Shown here: positions 38,394-49,990 of the stretch, piece by piece
Layout: every line of letters begins with the position of its first letter
Numbering within the stretch: position 1 is the first letter of the stretch
Source of the DNA: Ginglymostoma cirratum
Lineage: Eukaryota
Direction of reading: 5' to 3'
DNA: 64,000 nucleotides
Assembly: GCA_024137785.1 (NCBI GenBank)
Contig: JAHRHZ010000024.1
Coordinates: forward strand, 28,434,342 to 28,498,341
The notes under the pieces: generated by a model
Told to the model about the DNA's origin: nothing
Seen by the model: only the letters and a program-made list of their open reading frames with translations
Databases searched by the model: none
Program-made: the position numbers and the translations under genes

Positions 38394-38813
38394 CTGAGGT
38401 ATTAGCGTAAAGCAAACATGTGATGACACAGTGTAAGCATATGGGTATGTATGTTATTAATTTAGTTCTTTATCAAAACCTGAATTCCTACTTGGTGCTG
38501 TCTCTTTTCCATCATTTGTTCTATAAGTGCTGCTCATGCAGGATGCAATGATTCTTACAATCACTACCATACCAGGCATGACCTGAGAGAACCCCACAAA
38601 CTAAGTTTGTTTATAGACTTTTTTTATTTGTTTTAAAGCTTTTCAACTTAAAAATATCCAGCAGCAAAGTCTGAAATGTGATAATAGTTACTTTATGTAA
38701 AACTATTGCTCCAGTTATTCAAGTAAAAGTGACAAGGTTATTGGTTAAAATTGCATATGGAAAGGTTAAAAGTAGGCAACAATAAAAGATACTTAAAAAG
38801 GTAAAAGTAATAC

Positions 38814-39112
38814 CATTGCTGACCTGTTAGTACTAAAACTTTCCCTTTCTGAAGTCAGTGAAACCTTAAGTGAAATTTAGCAGCTGTGATGACTTCTGTA
38901 GTCAAATAGTCAATGTTTGCATGTAAGTGTGGAATCACAAAAAAATCAACAAGATTTGGGAGTGATAGAGAAAGTCTTATATTTGTCACTAATTTTATCG
39001 TTACAGAATTTACAGGTTGCCTGGTCTCTTGGCAGAACTGCACAGGACTTCAGAAGCCCTTTGTCCTCATGCTTCTTTTGCCTGAGAACCCTTAGAGTTC
39101 TTCTTAGAGATT
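38814..39112 (-). pseudogene. Candidate decayed exon (299 nt)
   Basis: Acceptor CCATTTTGCATAG|, weak donor ATG|GTATTA. Phase 1-0 frame ESLRRTLRVLRQKKHEDK... has 3 stops. Confidence 0.35.
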
Positions 39113-39589
39113 CTATGCAAAATGGCTTTATTTTGCAATTTCTGTTTATCACAAGCATAATAAAAAAAATGACTACTATATTAATTTAAAATTAGCTTTT
39201 GTTCCACCAGGTAAGAATGGTTGCAAATTTAGAGATTCTAAATGTCTCCTTTCGTGATCAATGCTGAGGTTATACAGTTCAATAAGCTTTGAGTTAGCAT
39301 AATATAATAGGCAGTTGTCAGCTGTGGCTTGCATCTCAAAAGGAATTTTAAACTTAATGTATAGGAGTTTATTTTTGCAAGTTACAGAATTTAAAGTAGA
39401 AATGTCATTTTTAACAGTTCCTCTTATTTAAAGAGCTGCAATATCAGAACTGCGTTGTCATAACACTTCCTGTCATCCACAGTCAAGCTTTCTTTTCCAT
39501 CACCTTCATCTTCATAAAGCTGCAATATCAATAAATGCTGTTTCAATTGTTATGCTCTTTATTAGATTTTATCCATCTCCATTCCTTAC

Positions 39590-39924
39590 CCTACCTATTT
39601 TATCCTGCTTAGTGTCTGCTTCTTTCATTCTTCATACGTGTGGTTGCCTTTTTGTACATGTCCTCGATAAGTTGATGGTGGGCCTTCTTGAACTACTGCA
39701 GCGAATGCACTCCTTAAATGCTGTCCCTTTGGGAGATTCAACATTGATTTACTGATGACAAAGAAGCAGAAATTTTTGGAAGTTAGAGGGGAATTCGGCA
39801 GTAGTGCTTTCCCTACATACGCAGGACACTTCAAGGTATTAACTATGGCTTTGGGGGGTGCTGGCAAAAAAACGAGCTTGGATGTGCTGTTGGAGTTCAT
39901 CCTGAGCCGAGTTTATACTGCACT
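39590..39924 (-). pseudogene. Candidate decayed exon
   Basis: Acceptor ATCTTGTAG|, donors GTAGGG (39594) or GTAAGG (39589). A further acceptor at 39520 opens LYEDEGDGKESLTVDDRKCYDNAVLILQLFK*. Confidence 0.35.
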
Positions 39925-41374
39925 CTACAAGATTTTATAAAATGATAATATATTGGACTGTCTGTTCAATTCATTGTAAAATGATATAATGAGAAAGGAC
40001 ATGTGACCTGCTGCTAGTTCTGCTCAGCTGTAGGCCAAGATTGGGTTACCATGGGTACAGGAGACCCAGATCATGTGTTGTTGAGGTTCATGTGTGAGGT
40101 TTAGCATCTGAAATTTGAATCTAATTTTAGCCTGTGCAGACTGAAAAACTCTGATGCTGCTTTTCTTGCTTTTTGCATATTTACAAACTCTTAAGGAATA
40201 AAAGAACATTGGACGCAAGGAGAGAGAAAAAGAGTAAAGGAAGTAGCAGCCATTGTAAGCAAGAGGTGCAAAGTTGTTCTTTGCTAACCACCAAGCAGAA
40301 TGACTTCAGAGTAAAGATATGCAATCTATGTGCATTTAACACCTCTGAAAAATTCATCCATGCATGGCCAGGAATGAATCCTCAGAGTGAGCCATGATGC
40401 TGGAGGTGGGTTCACGATTTCTCACATAACTATGGGAAAGAACCTTCGACAGTCAATAGATGTTATGGCATAATGTAATAGGGAGAATTGAACTGACTGA
40501 AAGCTGGGAGTGATTTTGCATCCTTTCAAGACTATAATTTAGTGGCTATATACTGGTGCATGGGGTTATAGGTCATGTTAAGGCAATGATAAGGATTACC
40601 TGTTCTAAAGAGCATTAATCACCTTCAAAGTAACATTCAGTCACTGTTCAGTTTAGTTTATTTGTTAAGAAAAAGTTTCTTTAAACTTCACTTCCTCAGT
40701 TAGTCACTGGGATTTCATTTTTAAGTTTTGGTTTCTACAGGCTCATTTTTCATTATTTCTCATTGTGTTTTGTACATTTAGCTGTTTATTAATTGAGCAC
40801 TTAATTGCTTTCAAGTGGCGGGCTTTGACTGAGGACTACTTGTGCTCCTATGAATAGCACCTCTGCTTGTTGATAATAAAAGTGTTGATTGTAATCTGTA
40901 TTCCTGTAAACAAAAATAGAGAGCTGAAGCCTAATCTTGGCACACATATTATCTAAAATTGAACATCATTGTCTCATTTTCATGCTCCAGCTAAAGTTAA
41001 TTCCTAAATAATTCCATGGTGTGAGCCTATTAACAACAACCTTTATTTACATAATGTATATTAATATATAAAAACACCCAAAGTAGCTCAATAAAACAAA
41101 GAATTACACTAAGCCAAGTAAGGAGATATCAGTTCAGACCATCAAAAGCTTGGTCAATGAGGCAGATTTTGTAGAGAATCTTAAAAGTGAAGAGGTTGGT
41201 TGAAGGAATTCCAGACCTTAATGCCTAGGCAACTGAAGGCACAGTCACCAACAATGAACTGATTCAAATCAAGGATGTTCCAGAAAATGTGGAAGGCACA
41301 CTGCCGCAGGGATTAGGTATGGTGAAAACTATAGTTGCACTCAAGGGGAAGTCTGATAAAGACAATTTTTAAAA

Positions 41375-41945
41375 ATTATCCATTTGTGGAATGTGGGCAT
41401 CACTGACTGGCCAGCGTTTAATGCCCATCCCTATTTGCGCTTGAGAAATGGTGGTGAACCACTGAAGCCCACCCACAGTGGGTTAACCCTTATGTCCTTA
41501 GGGAAAGAATTCCAGGATTTTGATCCAGCAACAGTTAAGGAATGGAGATATATTTCCAAGTCAGGATAGTGAATGGCTTGGAGGGGAACTTGGAGGTGGT
41601 AGCATTCCCATGTATCTGCTACACTTGTCCTTCTAGGTGGAAGTGGTCGTGGGCTTGGAAGGTGCTATCTAAGGATGTTTGGTGAATTTCTGCAGTGCAT
41701 CTTGTAGATAGTACACACTGCTGCTACTGAGCGTCAGTAGTGGAGTGAGTTGATGCCTGTGGATGTAATGCCAATCAAGCAAGCTGCTTCGTGAGTGTTG
41801 TTGGAGCTGCAGTCATCCAGGTGAGTGGGGAGTATCCCATCGCAGTCCTGACTTGTGCCTTGTAGGTAGTGGACATGCTTTGGATAGTCAGAAGGTGAGT
41901 TGCTCTCTGCAGTATTCCTAGCCTCTGACCTGCTCTTGTAATATA
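41375..41945 (-). mobile_element. LINE 3' end, CR1/L2 supergroup
   Basis: RAGQRLGILQRATHLLTIQSMSTTYKAQVRTAMGYSPLTW. Confidence 0.85.
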
Positions 41946-42574
41946 GTTATACTGGCAGAGGTACCTGAATAAGGATGAGAAGATACTTGATTGGAGCAGA
42001 AACACCAGAGTGATAGGATCAAATGGCCTGTTTGTGCATTCTATTTTCTGTGTAATAGTTGATGCCTGCAACTTCTAAAGTCAATAAAAGTTGCATACAC
42101 ATTTGACAGTATTAGGAACCATTGACAAAGATCTTCATCGCTAATTTTGCTACTATTCTTCACATTAGACACATTCCTCTTTACATAATTCCTACAGGGT
42201 GAGCTCTGCAGTCAGCACTGCATTCCTGTACAATAGCTTTCTACTTAAGCTGGTCCTTGTGGCTTAAATAGCAAATTTATTTCATTTCCACCATCCACAT
42301 TAATTTATGGACTCTCAAAATTAAAATGTGTGTTTTAATGTTTTAATCTTTCCATTAAAACTTCAAATTTTATGTTCCACATTTTATTGGCGTACTAAGT
42401 ATGATTCTCTGGCTTTTCTAATAAAGTGGTTAATTGCCAATTCAATACCATTATTGCAGTTCTCTGATTGTTTCACTGATGGCCAGGTGAAGAGAGGAAA
42501 TTACCTCCCATCTTTTTAACCCTCTCATGGTCTGCCACTATAGTATTTTCTATTGTACAATTCTAGTCACCCTT

Positions 42575-43086
42575 CTAATAGAAAGGATGTTGTTAAACTT
42601 GAGAGGGTGCAGAAAATATTTGGAAGGATGTTGCCAGGACTGGAAGGTTTGAACTACAGGGAGAGACTGAATAGGGCTGGGGCTATTTTTCTTGGAATGT
42701 TGCAGGCTGAGGGGTGACGTTATAGAAGTTTATAAAATTATGAGAGGCATGAATAGGGTGAATAGTCAAGGTCTTTTCCCCAGAGTGGGGGAATCCAAAA
42801 CTAGAAAACATAGGTTTAAGATGAGAAGGAAAAGATTTAGAAAGGACCTGAGGCGTAAATTTTTCACGCATCAGGTGGTGTGTGTATGGAACCAGCTGTC
42901 AGAGGAAGTGGTGGAAGCAGGTACAATTACAACATTTAAAAGGCATCTGGATGGTTAATGAGGAGGAAGGGTTTAGAGGGATATGGGACAAATGCTGGCA
43001 AATGGGACTACATCAGATTGGGGTGACTGGTAGGCATGGATGAGTTGGACTGATGTTTCTGTTTCCATGCTGTATGACTCTATGAC
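42575..43086 (+). mobile_element. CR1 LINE 3' end
   Basis: RLRGDVIEVYKIMRG, followed by a (TATGACTC)-type tail. Confidence 0.92.
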
Positions 43087-43157
43087 CCTATTGTCTTTTA
43101 TACCAAGCAGCTATCACACTTCAATTAAACTTAGCTAATTCAATCAAAACATTAAGG

Positions 43158-43255
43158 AGAGATAACACAGTGTGGAGCTGGAGGAACACAGCAGGCCAGG
43201 CATCATCAGAGGAGCGGGAAAGCTGACGTTTTGGGTTGGGACCCTTCTTTAGAAA
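43158..43255 (-). mobile_element. Short Penelope-like tail (family 1)
   Basis: Matches the terminus of the 52886-55801 element. Decayed hammerhead-like core. Confidence 0.8.
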
Positions 43256-43864
43256 TCCAAAGTTTTCTTGAGTGAAGAGAATGGAGTTTTATTTTACCTA
43301 TTAAATCTGTGAAGATTAGGAGAATGAAGTCAGTAGTGTCCTTTCTAAAAACATTTTCAGTATCAAGTTATAATCTCAAATGATGTAAGTTGAATGTTGG
43401 TATTCACTACAGTTTTACCAGACAACTTTAAAAGTAACAGCACAAATATTCAGCTTTATTTCCTTAACTTTTCCTGGTTGTTAATTGAGCTTAAGTGAGA
43501 AGGATCCCTCTGAATTCTCCAATATTCATGCATTCCTTTGTAGCGTTCAAGACCAAAGGAATTGTCCTTCAGAAAATTCAATTTCTCAAGAAATTCCCAT
43601 GGTGTCAGCTATACCAGGGATTTCATATGGTCCCAACTCACAACTCTATCCTGTGTAGCACCAGTAGCTCTCTGGCCATTGGAATATCCAGGCATCCAAA
43701 CTCTAACGACATTGGAAGTTCAGGTGTTTGAATTCCACGTTGTTAAGTTGTGGACCATACAAATATGAACTTATAATATTTTTAGCAAAAGGAATATTGT
43801 AGCATTCCTATCCTAAGAATTCTTGTGCCTAAGAATTGGCCAAGTGACACGACTAATTCTCACT

Positions 43865-44200
43865 GGTCTCAATACACACAGGCAAAGAAGGACATGAATT
43901 CGACTGGGACAACACATCCATAACAGCACAAGCCAAACAAAGGCATACCAGGGAACTCCTAGAGGCCTAGCATTCCAACCGGAACTCCATCAACAAACAC
44001 ATTGAACTGGACCCGATATACAAACCACTGAAAAACAGAACCAGAAGCAATGCCAACCACCCTAGCAAACCCATGCATATAAATAATAAGCGAGACAGAA
44101 CACCAATGCTTCACCAGAGGTGCACTGATGATGTTACCTAGCAGGGCGATGAAACGTGCAACCAAACACACCAGCTCAGCGAGCAAGTCTACAACCTCAC
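43865..44200 (+). mobile_element. Penelope-like 3' end with hammerhead-like core
   Basis: EGHEFDWDNTSITAQAKQRHTRELLEA*HSNRNSINKHIELDPIYKPL. Core CTGATGA-T-GTTACC-TAGCAG-GGCGAT-GAAAC at 44125-44155. Confidence 0.88.
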
Positions 44201-44204
44201 AGTT

Positions 44205-44415
44205 ATCAGCCATCATTGCAGAAAATAACCCTGCTGTATATCCTTGTCCAGTAACCGTCATTGTTCAGCCCTTAACAAGGTTACAGGAACATGAGAGTTC
44301 TCAAGATGTAGGCATCATGACAGCTCCCATGGTACCTGGAGGACACTTCTCAGATGTGGCACTAATGATTACAGATGACTTGCATATTGATGGAGTGTAA
44401 CCTTTCTTTTATCCG
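44205..44415 (-). mobile_element. PIF/Harbinger (HARBI1-like DDE) transposase remnant
   Basis: LHSINMQVICNH*CHI*EVSSRYHGSCHDAYIL, then a GDKGY-like segment. Confidence 0.8.
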
Positions 44416-45796
44416 TCTTAAGAATACATAAAATGATACAAATATGCTATGGATAAATACCTGATTATAAATCAGGTTCTAACAGATGGACACCACAGGA
44501 GTGAGTTTAACTTTAGATGACGTTATGAACATGGGAACGTAGGCCATTCAGCCACTCAAACCTGCTCCATTATTCTAAGAACATGACTGATGGGTGATAA
44601 CTGACTAATTCAAAACAGACAGAGGTAATCAGAAAATCAGAGCTAGTTTGTCCAGAGATGATGCTAGGAAGCAGTTCTTCACACAAAGGGTCTTGGAAAT
44701 CTGCAACTCTCTTCCCCCATCAATACAGAGGGTCAAACAAAAATTTTATAAGTGACATGGTTAGATTTTTCTTTGGCAAGGACATTAAGTAAGTTGGAAC
44801 CAAGGTGGGTTGATGTGGGAAAGCCTGGTGTTGTCCAGTTAAGTGCCTGATTGATGCGTAATATTGTAAGATTTTCTGAAAAGAAATGCACTCTGTCCAT
44901 CTGAGGAGAGAGTGTGAATCCCAATCACAACCTTAAATTCCACCCATGAAAGTGTTCAAAGTCCAAAGGTCATGCCCGAGCATGAAGCACATCATTGAGC
45001 ATTGACATTGCGCCAGTCAATGATTGCAGGTAGAGCATAACTTAAGACTGGAGTAATAGCAATCAAGATGGAGGCAATTAGTTAACATACCCTTACACAA
45101 ACTTGCACCAATTCATCAAGGGCAGACAGCACTGGCCTGAGAATTCTGCAGTGATACCAGTGAGCAAACCTACATGGCCACCCAGGTAAGGTTCCTGGAG
45201 TAAAGTCTGGCTCCAGAGAATTAACATAGTGCTGCTTTGAAGCCCAAATGTATTTTCAGTATTCTCTATTTCTCTTTGAACTTGACAAGCAATTAAAAAA
45301 AATATTAATCCTGATTAATTTCACAATGGAAAATGCTAGACTCTGTCAATCATATTTTCAATTGATACAGTTACTGATATCATGACTTTCAAACTTGTTC
45401 TAGTGCTCACTTTTCATTACCAAGCAAATACAGGATAAACAGGGTTGATCGTGCTTCCCTTAAAGTTTAGTTAATGTTATTATGTGATTGATACACTGCA
45501 TATACTCCATGGCTATCATGCACTGAAATTGGAATATGGACTAATCAACTCTGTCCTGCAGCATTTTGCAAGAAGAGGGCAACACAGCAAGTTAAAATCC
45601 TGGTAATTATTCTTTTGTTACCATTTGCAGATCCTTTCGACACTTTTTGTTTCTTGTTCGAGTACCAACCCCATTTTGCCTCACTCAATCATCTCTTCAC
45701 TCCTGTCTTTCAGCATAACAATGATCTTTTCTTTTTGTTCATTCCTTCCAACCCTGTTTCTCTGTATTTGCTTATAACATGTTACATGCCCAACAC

Positions 45797-45919
45797 AGCT
45801 CTGACAAAGAGTCACTGGATTTGAAACGTTAACTCTGCATTCTTTGCACAGCTGCTAAGTTTCTCCAGCAATTTCTGAGTTGTTTCACATCTCCAGCACC
45901 CACAGTTTTTGTTTTATTT
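45797..45919 (+). mobile_element. Penelope-like tail (family 2) within an older Penelope tail (~45650-46080)
   Basis: Flanking direct repeat TGTTACAT(G/C)CCCAACAC at 45780-45796 and 45920-45936. Confidence 0.7.
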
Positions 45920-46206
45920 TGTTACATCCCCAACACTTTCCAGTTCAGACAAAAAGAAACAGACTTGAAAAGTTAATCCTATTTCTCGCTCCACAGAAGC
46001 CATGATACCTGCTGAGCATTGCACACCAGTTTTGTTTATGTTTACAATTTCTGACGTCCTCAGTATTGTGCCTTTTATTTTAATCAAAGTCTGAATCTGT
46101 TCTTAATTGAGGCCCATAACTCCAGAGAATCATTGGTCAGGATCCACAGTCAAACATGGGGTTCTTGCAATGGGGAGGAAGGAGCAGGGGATCTATATAG
46201 GGTCAC

Positions 46207-46380
46207 CTGCTGTTGCAAACCCTCCATGGCTAAAATAGCAAATGGAAAAATGTCATAAAAATGTGCTAAACGTTCATCTGCAATAGCCATTTCTTGTACT
46301 TTGAGAAGTGAGTGACTACAACTGCTGTCATGTCTGGCAAGAAGAGTTTCTCTTCGGTCATTTTTGCACATTAGTAATGT
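46207..46380 (-). CDS. Candidate exon, 174 nt, fully open, phase 0-0, product unknown
   Basis: Acceptor TTCATTTGCCCTGTGTAG|, donor CAG|GTGACC. Peptide TLLMCKNDRRETLLARHDSSCSHSLLKVQEMAIADERLAHFYDIFPFAILAMEGLQQQ. Confidence 0.45.
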
Positions 46381-46924
46381 CTACACAGGGCAAATGAATT
46401 CTACTTGAATCAATGATATTTTTGTTTCATGTCCTAGCTTGCTGCTCGTTGAAGGGGGACTTATATACATATATATGAAGTAACTTAATGTATTTCTCAA
46501 TGCGTCATCTTGCATTAAAGCATTGCCCTTGACTTGCTTCTGGGTTAGGTGATATAGTTCGAATGAAAGGCTTCTAGCTCAGTAGATAGTGGATTTAGAA
46601 CCCACAATAGATCTGAATATATCATTGTACCTGATACTTTAGTGCAGTGCTGCAGCAATGTTGGATTGTCAGAGGTAGTGGAAGGCAGTTTTTGTTCATA
46701 TAATTATGCCCAAGTTATAGCAAAGACTGATCAGAATCAACTATAACAGCAAAAACGTTTGGGGAATTTAAGATGTAACTGAGGTACAATCCATGTCAGC
46801 CATCTTTGATGTTTATGTGCAGTCTCACTCTGCTCCAGAATTCAATTAACCTGAATTGAGTCCCAGATACAAAAGCTAGTTGTGTTCCAAAGTTAAAGGT
46901 CTGAGATTCTGAGTTCCAAGATTT

Positions 46925-47143
46925 GGTGGCTGAGTGGTTAGCACTGCTGCCTTACAGTGCTAGGGATCTGGGTTTGATTCCGACTGTGCGAAATTACCTA
47001 TAGTATGCAGGCTAGGTAGATTAGGCATGAGAAATGCAGGATCACAGGGATAGGGTAGGGAGTGGGTCTGGTTGGGATGCTCTTCAGAGGGCCAGTGAGG
47101 ATTCGATGGGCTGAATGGCCTGTTTCCACACTGTGGGAATTCT
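46925..47143 (+). mobile_element. HE1-type SINE (internally deleted)
   Basis: GGTGGCTGAGTGGTTAGCACTGCTGCC head; GGGCTGAATGGCCTGTTTCCACACTGT tail. Confidence 0.85.
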
Positions 47144-47184
47144 GCAATTGCACTGAATCAGGACAGCTCTTCAAATTGCCTTCA

Positions 47185-47312
47185 GAGATAGTAAGAACTG
47201 TCGATGCTGGAGTCAGAGATAACACAGTGTGGAGCTGGAGGAACACAGCAGGCCAGGCAGCATCAGAGGAGCATGAAAGCTGATGTTTTGGGTCGGGACC
47301 TTCTTTAGAAAT
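47185..47312 (-). mobile_element. Short Penelope-like tail (family 1)
   Basis: Near-identical to the 43158 and 52886 termini. Confidence 0.8.
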
Positions 47313-47432
47313 GGCTTCATTTTGTTTAGGTGCTCCAACACTCATAGATATGTTCTGAACCATTGTCAACAAATATTTAATTTGATAAGGAATGGAACAG
47401 GGTACAGCAATTAAAGTATTAAATATTTCAGT

Positions 47433-47637
47433 GATAGTGGGAACTGCCGATGCTGGAGATCTGAGATAACAAGGTGTAAAGCTGGATGAACACAGCAGGG
47501 CAAGCAGCATCAGAGGAGCAGGAAAGCTGATGTTCTGAAAATTTTCTGAAGAAGGGTCCAGACCCGAAACGTCAGCTTTCCTGCTCCTCTGATGCTGCTT
47601 GGCCTGCTGTGTTCATCCAGCTCAACATCTTGTTATC
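47433..47637. mobile_element. Palindromic mini Penelope-like insertion with hammerhead-like core and 14-bp TSD
   Basis: TSD TTAAATATTTCAGT at 47419-47432 and 47638-47651. Inverted arms ~47464-47533 and ~47568-47638. Core CTGAAGA-A-GGGTC-CA-GACCC-GAAAC-GTC at 47546-47573. Confidence 0.88.
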
Positions 47638-48214
47638 TTAAATATTTCAGTATTTGTTTTTACGTTTCAGAATATCATTACCATAATAAGCATTGTTACA
47701 ATAGGTGAACAGCATCTGGAGTCAATTCAGGAAGGGAATCTCCTGCCTGAACAACTTCTTTGATGTTTTTATGGAAGTATTATCCCAAGTAGACTTTGGC
47801 ATATCTTGCAATATTATATGCCTAGAGTTCCAAAAGCCTTTGACAAATGCAATATTTAATCTTGCAATTCTGGTGCTTCAACATAATCTGGGTAACAAAA
47901 ACAAATGAAAAATAGAAAATAAAAGGGCCTATAGATTCACTTTTCCTACAGGAATGGGAGAGAGGCAGTATTAAAGGATATGAAAGCAAATGGTACAGCT
48001 GTTATGTTTGGTGCAAATGAGGAGATGGCCCAAGTGAATGAGTAGGCAGCACAGACAGCAATGTAGGGTTTGTGGTATCAGGGGTAGGGCTGTGTGACAG
48101 TGAGAAAGGAAAGATGTTGTAGACAATCACAAAAGGGCTACAGCATGAGCCTTGGGTGGAAATAAGTGCAGTAGCAAAGGTAGAGTTAGTGTGAGGTACC
48201 AGAGATAAGATAGT

Positions 48215-48450
48215 GGCTCTACCACAATGGAGTGGAGAATATAATTGGCCTTTTTCCTACCTTACTGTACATTTATCCAAACAGCTGAGTCTATGTTAAC
48301 ATTGTTGGCAACTACGGACCAGGTTGGCAGGGTCTGGTGTTATGGACCCAACTATTGATCCTGGGGGAAGAGGATATCCCTTCTCTATACCACCCTGTCC
48401 TACAGGACGTCCAGGTCCCTTTCTGAAAAAGAGGACATGCACAATAGTCT
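48215..48450 (-). mobile_element. Harbinger-type Myb/SANT DNA-binding ORF remnant
   Basis: FSERDLDVL*DRVV*RRDILFPQDQ*LGP*HQTLPTWSVVANNVNIDSAVWINVQ*GRKKANYIL fits the Myb/SANT-like (F...L.L....R..L...W..IA..V......R...QCRKK) pattern. Confidence 0.75.
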
Positions 48451-49660
48451 TTTAGAAATAGCACCAATGCCAGAAATGCTGGTCCATTGTGGGATTCCCA
48501 GCCATAGCAATTTGATCTCCAAATGGTGAGTGGTGGAACAGAACTGAAATTGAACAAAGGAGGTGCCAATGGGGCAGAGTAGGAAGTTGATGAGGTGAGT
48601 TTGGGAGGATGCAGTGAGAAAACCCGTTAGGCTTCGTGGAGAAAAACACTCTGTGAAACTTGACAAATCTGACACTTAGTCAAAAAAGACATAAAATTCA
48701 GCACAGTGTCACTCTTCAAGCTCCGAAACTGAAGAATTCTTGTTAAACTACACAGAGTCCAAACAAGGAAGTATGAATCAGAAATTATAAATTGGTTTAA
48801 CTTATGCAAAAGAAGTAACAAAATGATTGGAAAATAAGGTGGAATCAAAGACAAGAAATCAAAGTGCCAAAGCTCAAAAAGATAAATTTAAATCTTTTTC
48901 TTAATTTATATTGAAACCTGCAGTACAAATTTTCCACTGAGGGAATAAGCCTCCAGAAGCATTATTTATCTGCTCAGGCCAGAGAAGGTACTCAGTTATT
49001 AACACTTAGTACTGAAATAACCCATCATAACCTTGGCATGCTTCTTTAGCGGGGAATCAGTGGGCAAGTATAGCAAATTCTCATCATTACGGTCATTTCA
49101 ATAGGTAGCTTATTGGTAAGGCCTACAGCAATGCACTCTTAGGAAGTGTAGTATGTCTCCAACTTCTGATTTTCCATATTTAACTGTGCATGTGTTTGTG
49201 CCAGAAGTTGCGATTATATTGATAACTATACTGATTGAAGAATTTGGTATTTATCTCTATTGGTTTCTGAGATTTTCAGTAGAACTCCTGCCTGAATGAT
49301 GTGAACGGCACGATTCATAGTTTTGGGGACTTCGCCAGACAAGATTTTACACTGATTGAGGGGATAATTTAGTCAATTGTTAAGACATCCAAGAGGAAAA
49401 TGTAAAATAGATCCAAGAACTAAAAGACCCTACAGAGGGCAAGAAAGACAATGCTTAAGGCCGCATGGAAATATTATTTTATCACTAAGTTTGGAGGTGT
49501 TCTGTATTATTAGAATCCAACTGTGTTTCAAAAGGATTACAGGCGACTGAGATTGCAGAAGAGGCTCAAAGGATTTTTTGTTCAGTAAGCTTAGAATTGA
49601 AACAGTTTGTACCATCCCAGAAAGGACCTAAATATTCAACCTGAACTAATGTATTCGCTG

Positions 49661-49740
49661 ATAGCAGGAACTGCAGATGCTGGAGAATCTGAGATAACAA
49701 GGTGTAGAGCTGGATGAACACAGCAGGCCAAGCAGTATCA
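49661..49740 (-). mobile_element. 80-bp Penelope-like tail with 18-bp TSD
   Basis: GAACTAATGTATT(C/T)GCTG at 49643-49660 and 49741-49758. Confidence 0.85.
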
Positions 49741-49809
49741 GAACTAATGTATTTGCTGCAAGTTTTGGGTGTTCCTTCCAGGAAGAGACTGAATCCTTCC
49801 AAATCTCAG

Positions 49810-49990
49810 GTCGCCATGGCATTACCAGATTATAGTGCTACTCTCTCATTAGAGAGAGACAATTCATGGTGATTTAACCTGAGGGCCACCATACCTCAGG
49901 CAAAGGGAAAGGTTGAGAAGGACAGTCCTTCATTGAACCCATGCTGTTGGCATCACACTGCTTTGCAAATCAACTGTCCAGCCAACTGAA
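49810..49990 (-). mobile_element. tRNA-derived SINE (third family)
   Basis: Minus head TCAGTTGGCTGGACAG...GCATGGGTTCAAT (A/B-box-like). Confidence 0.55.
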
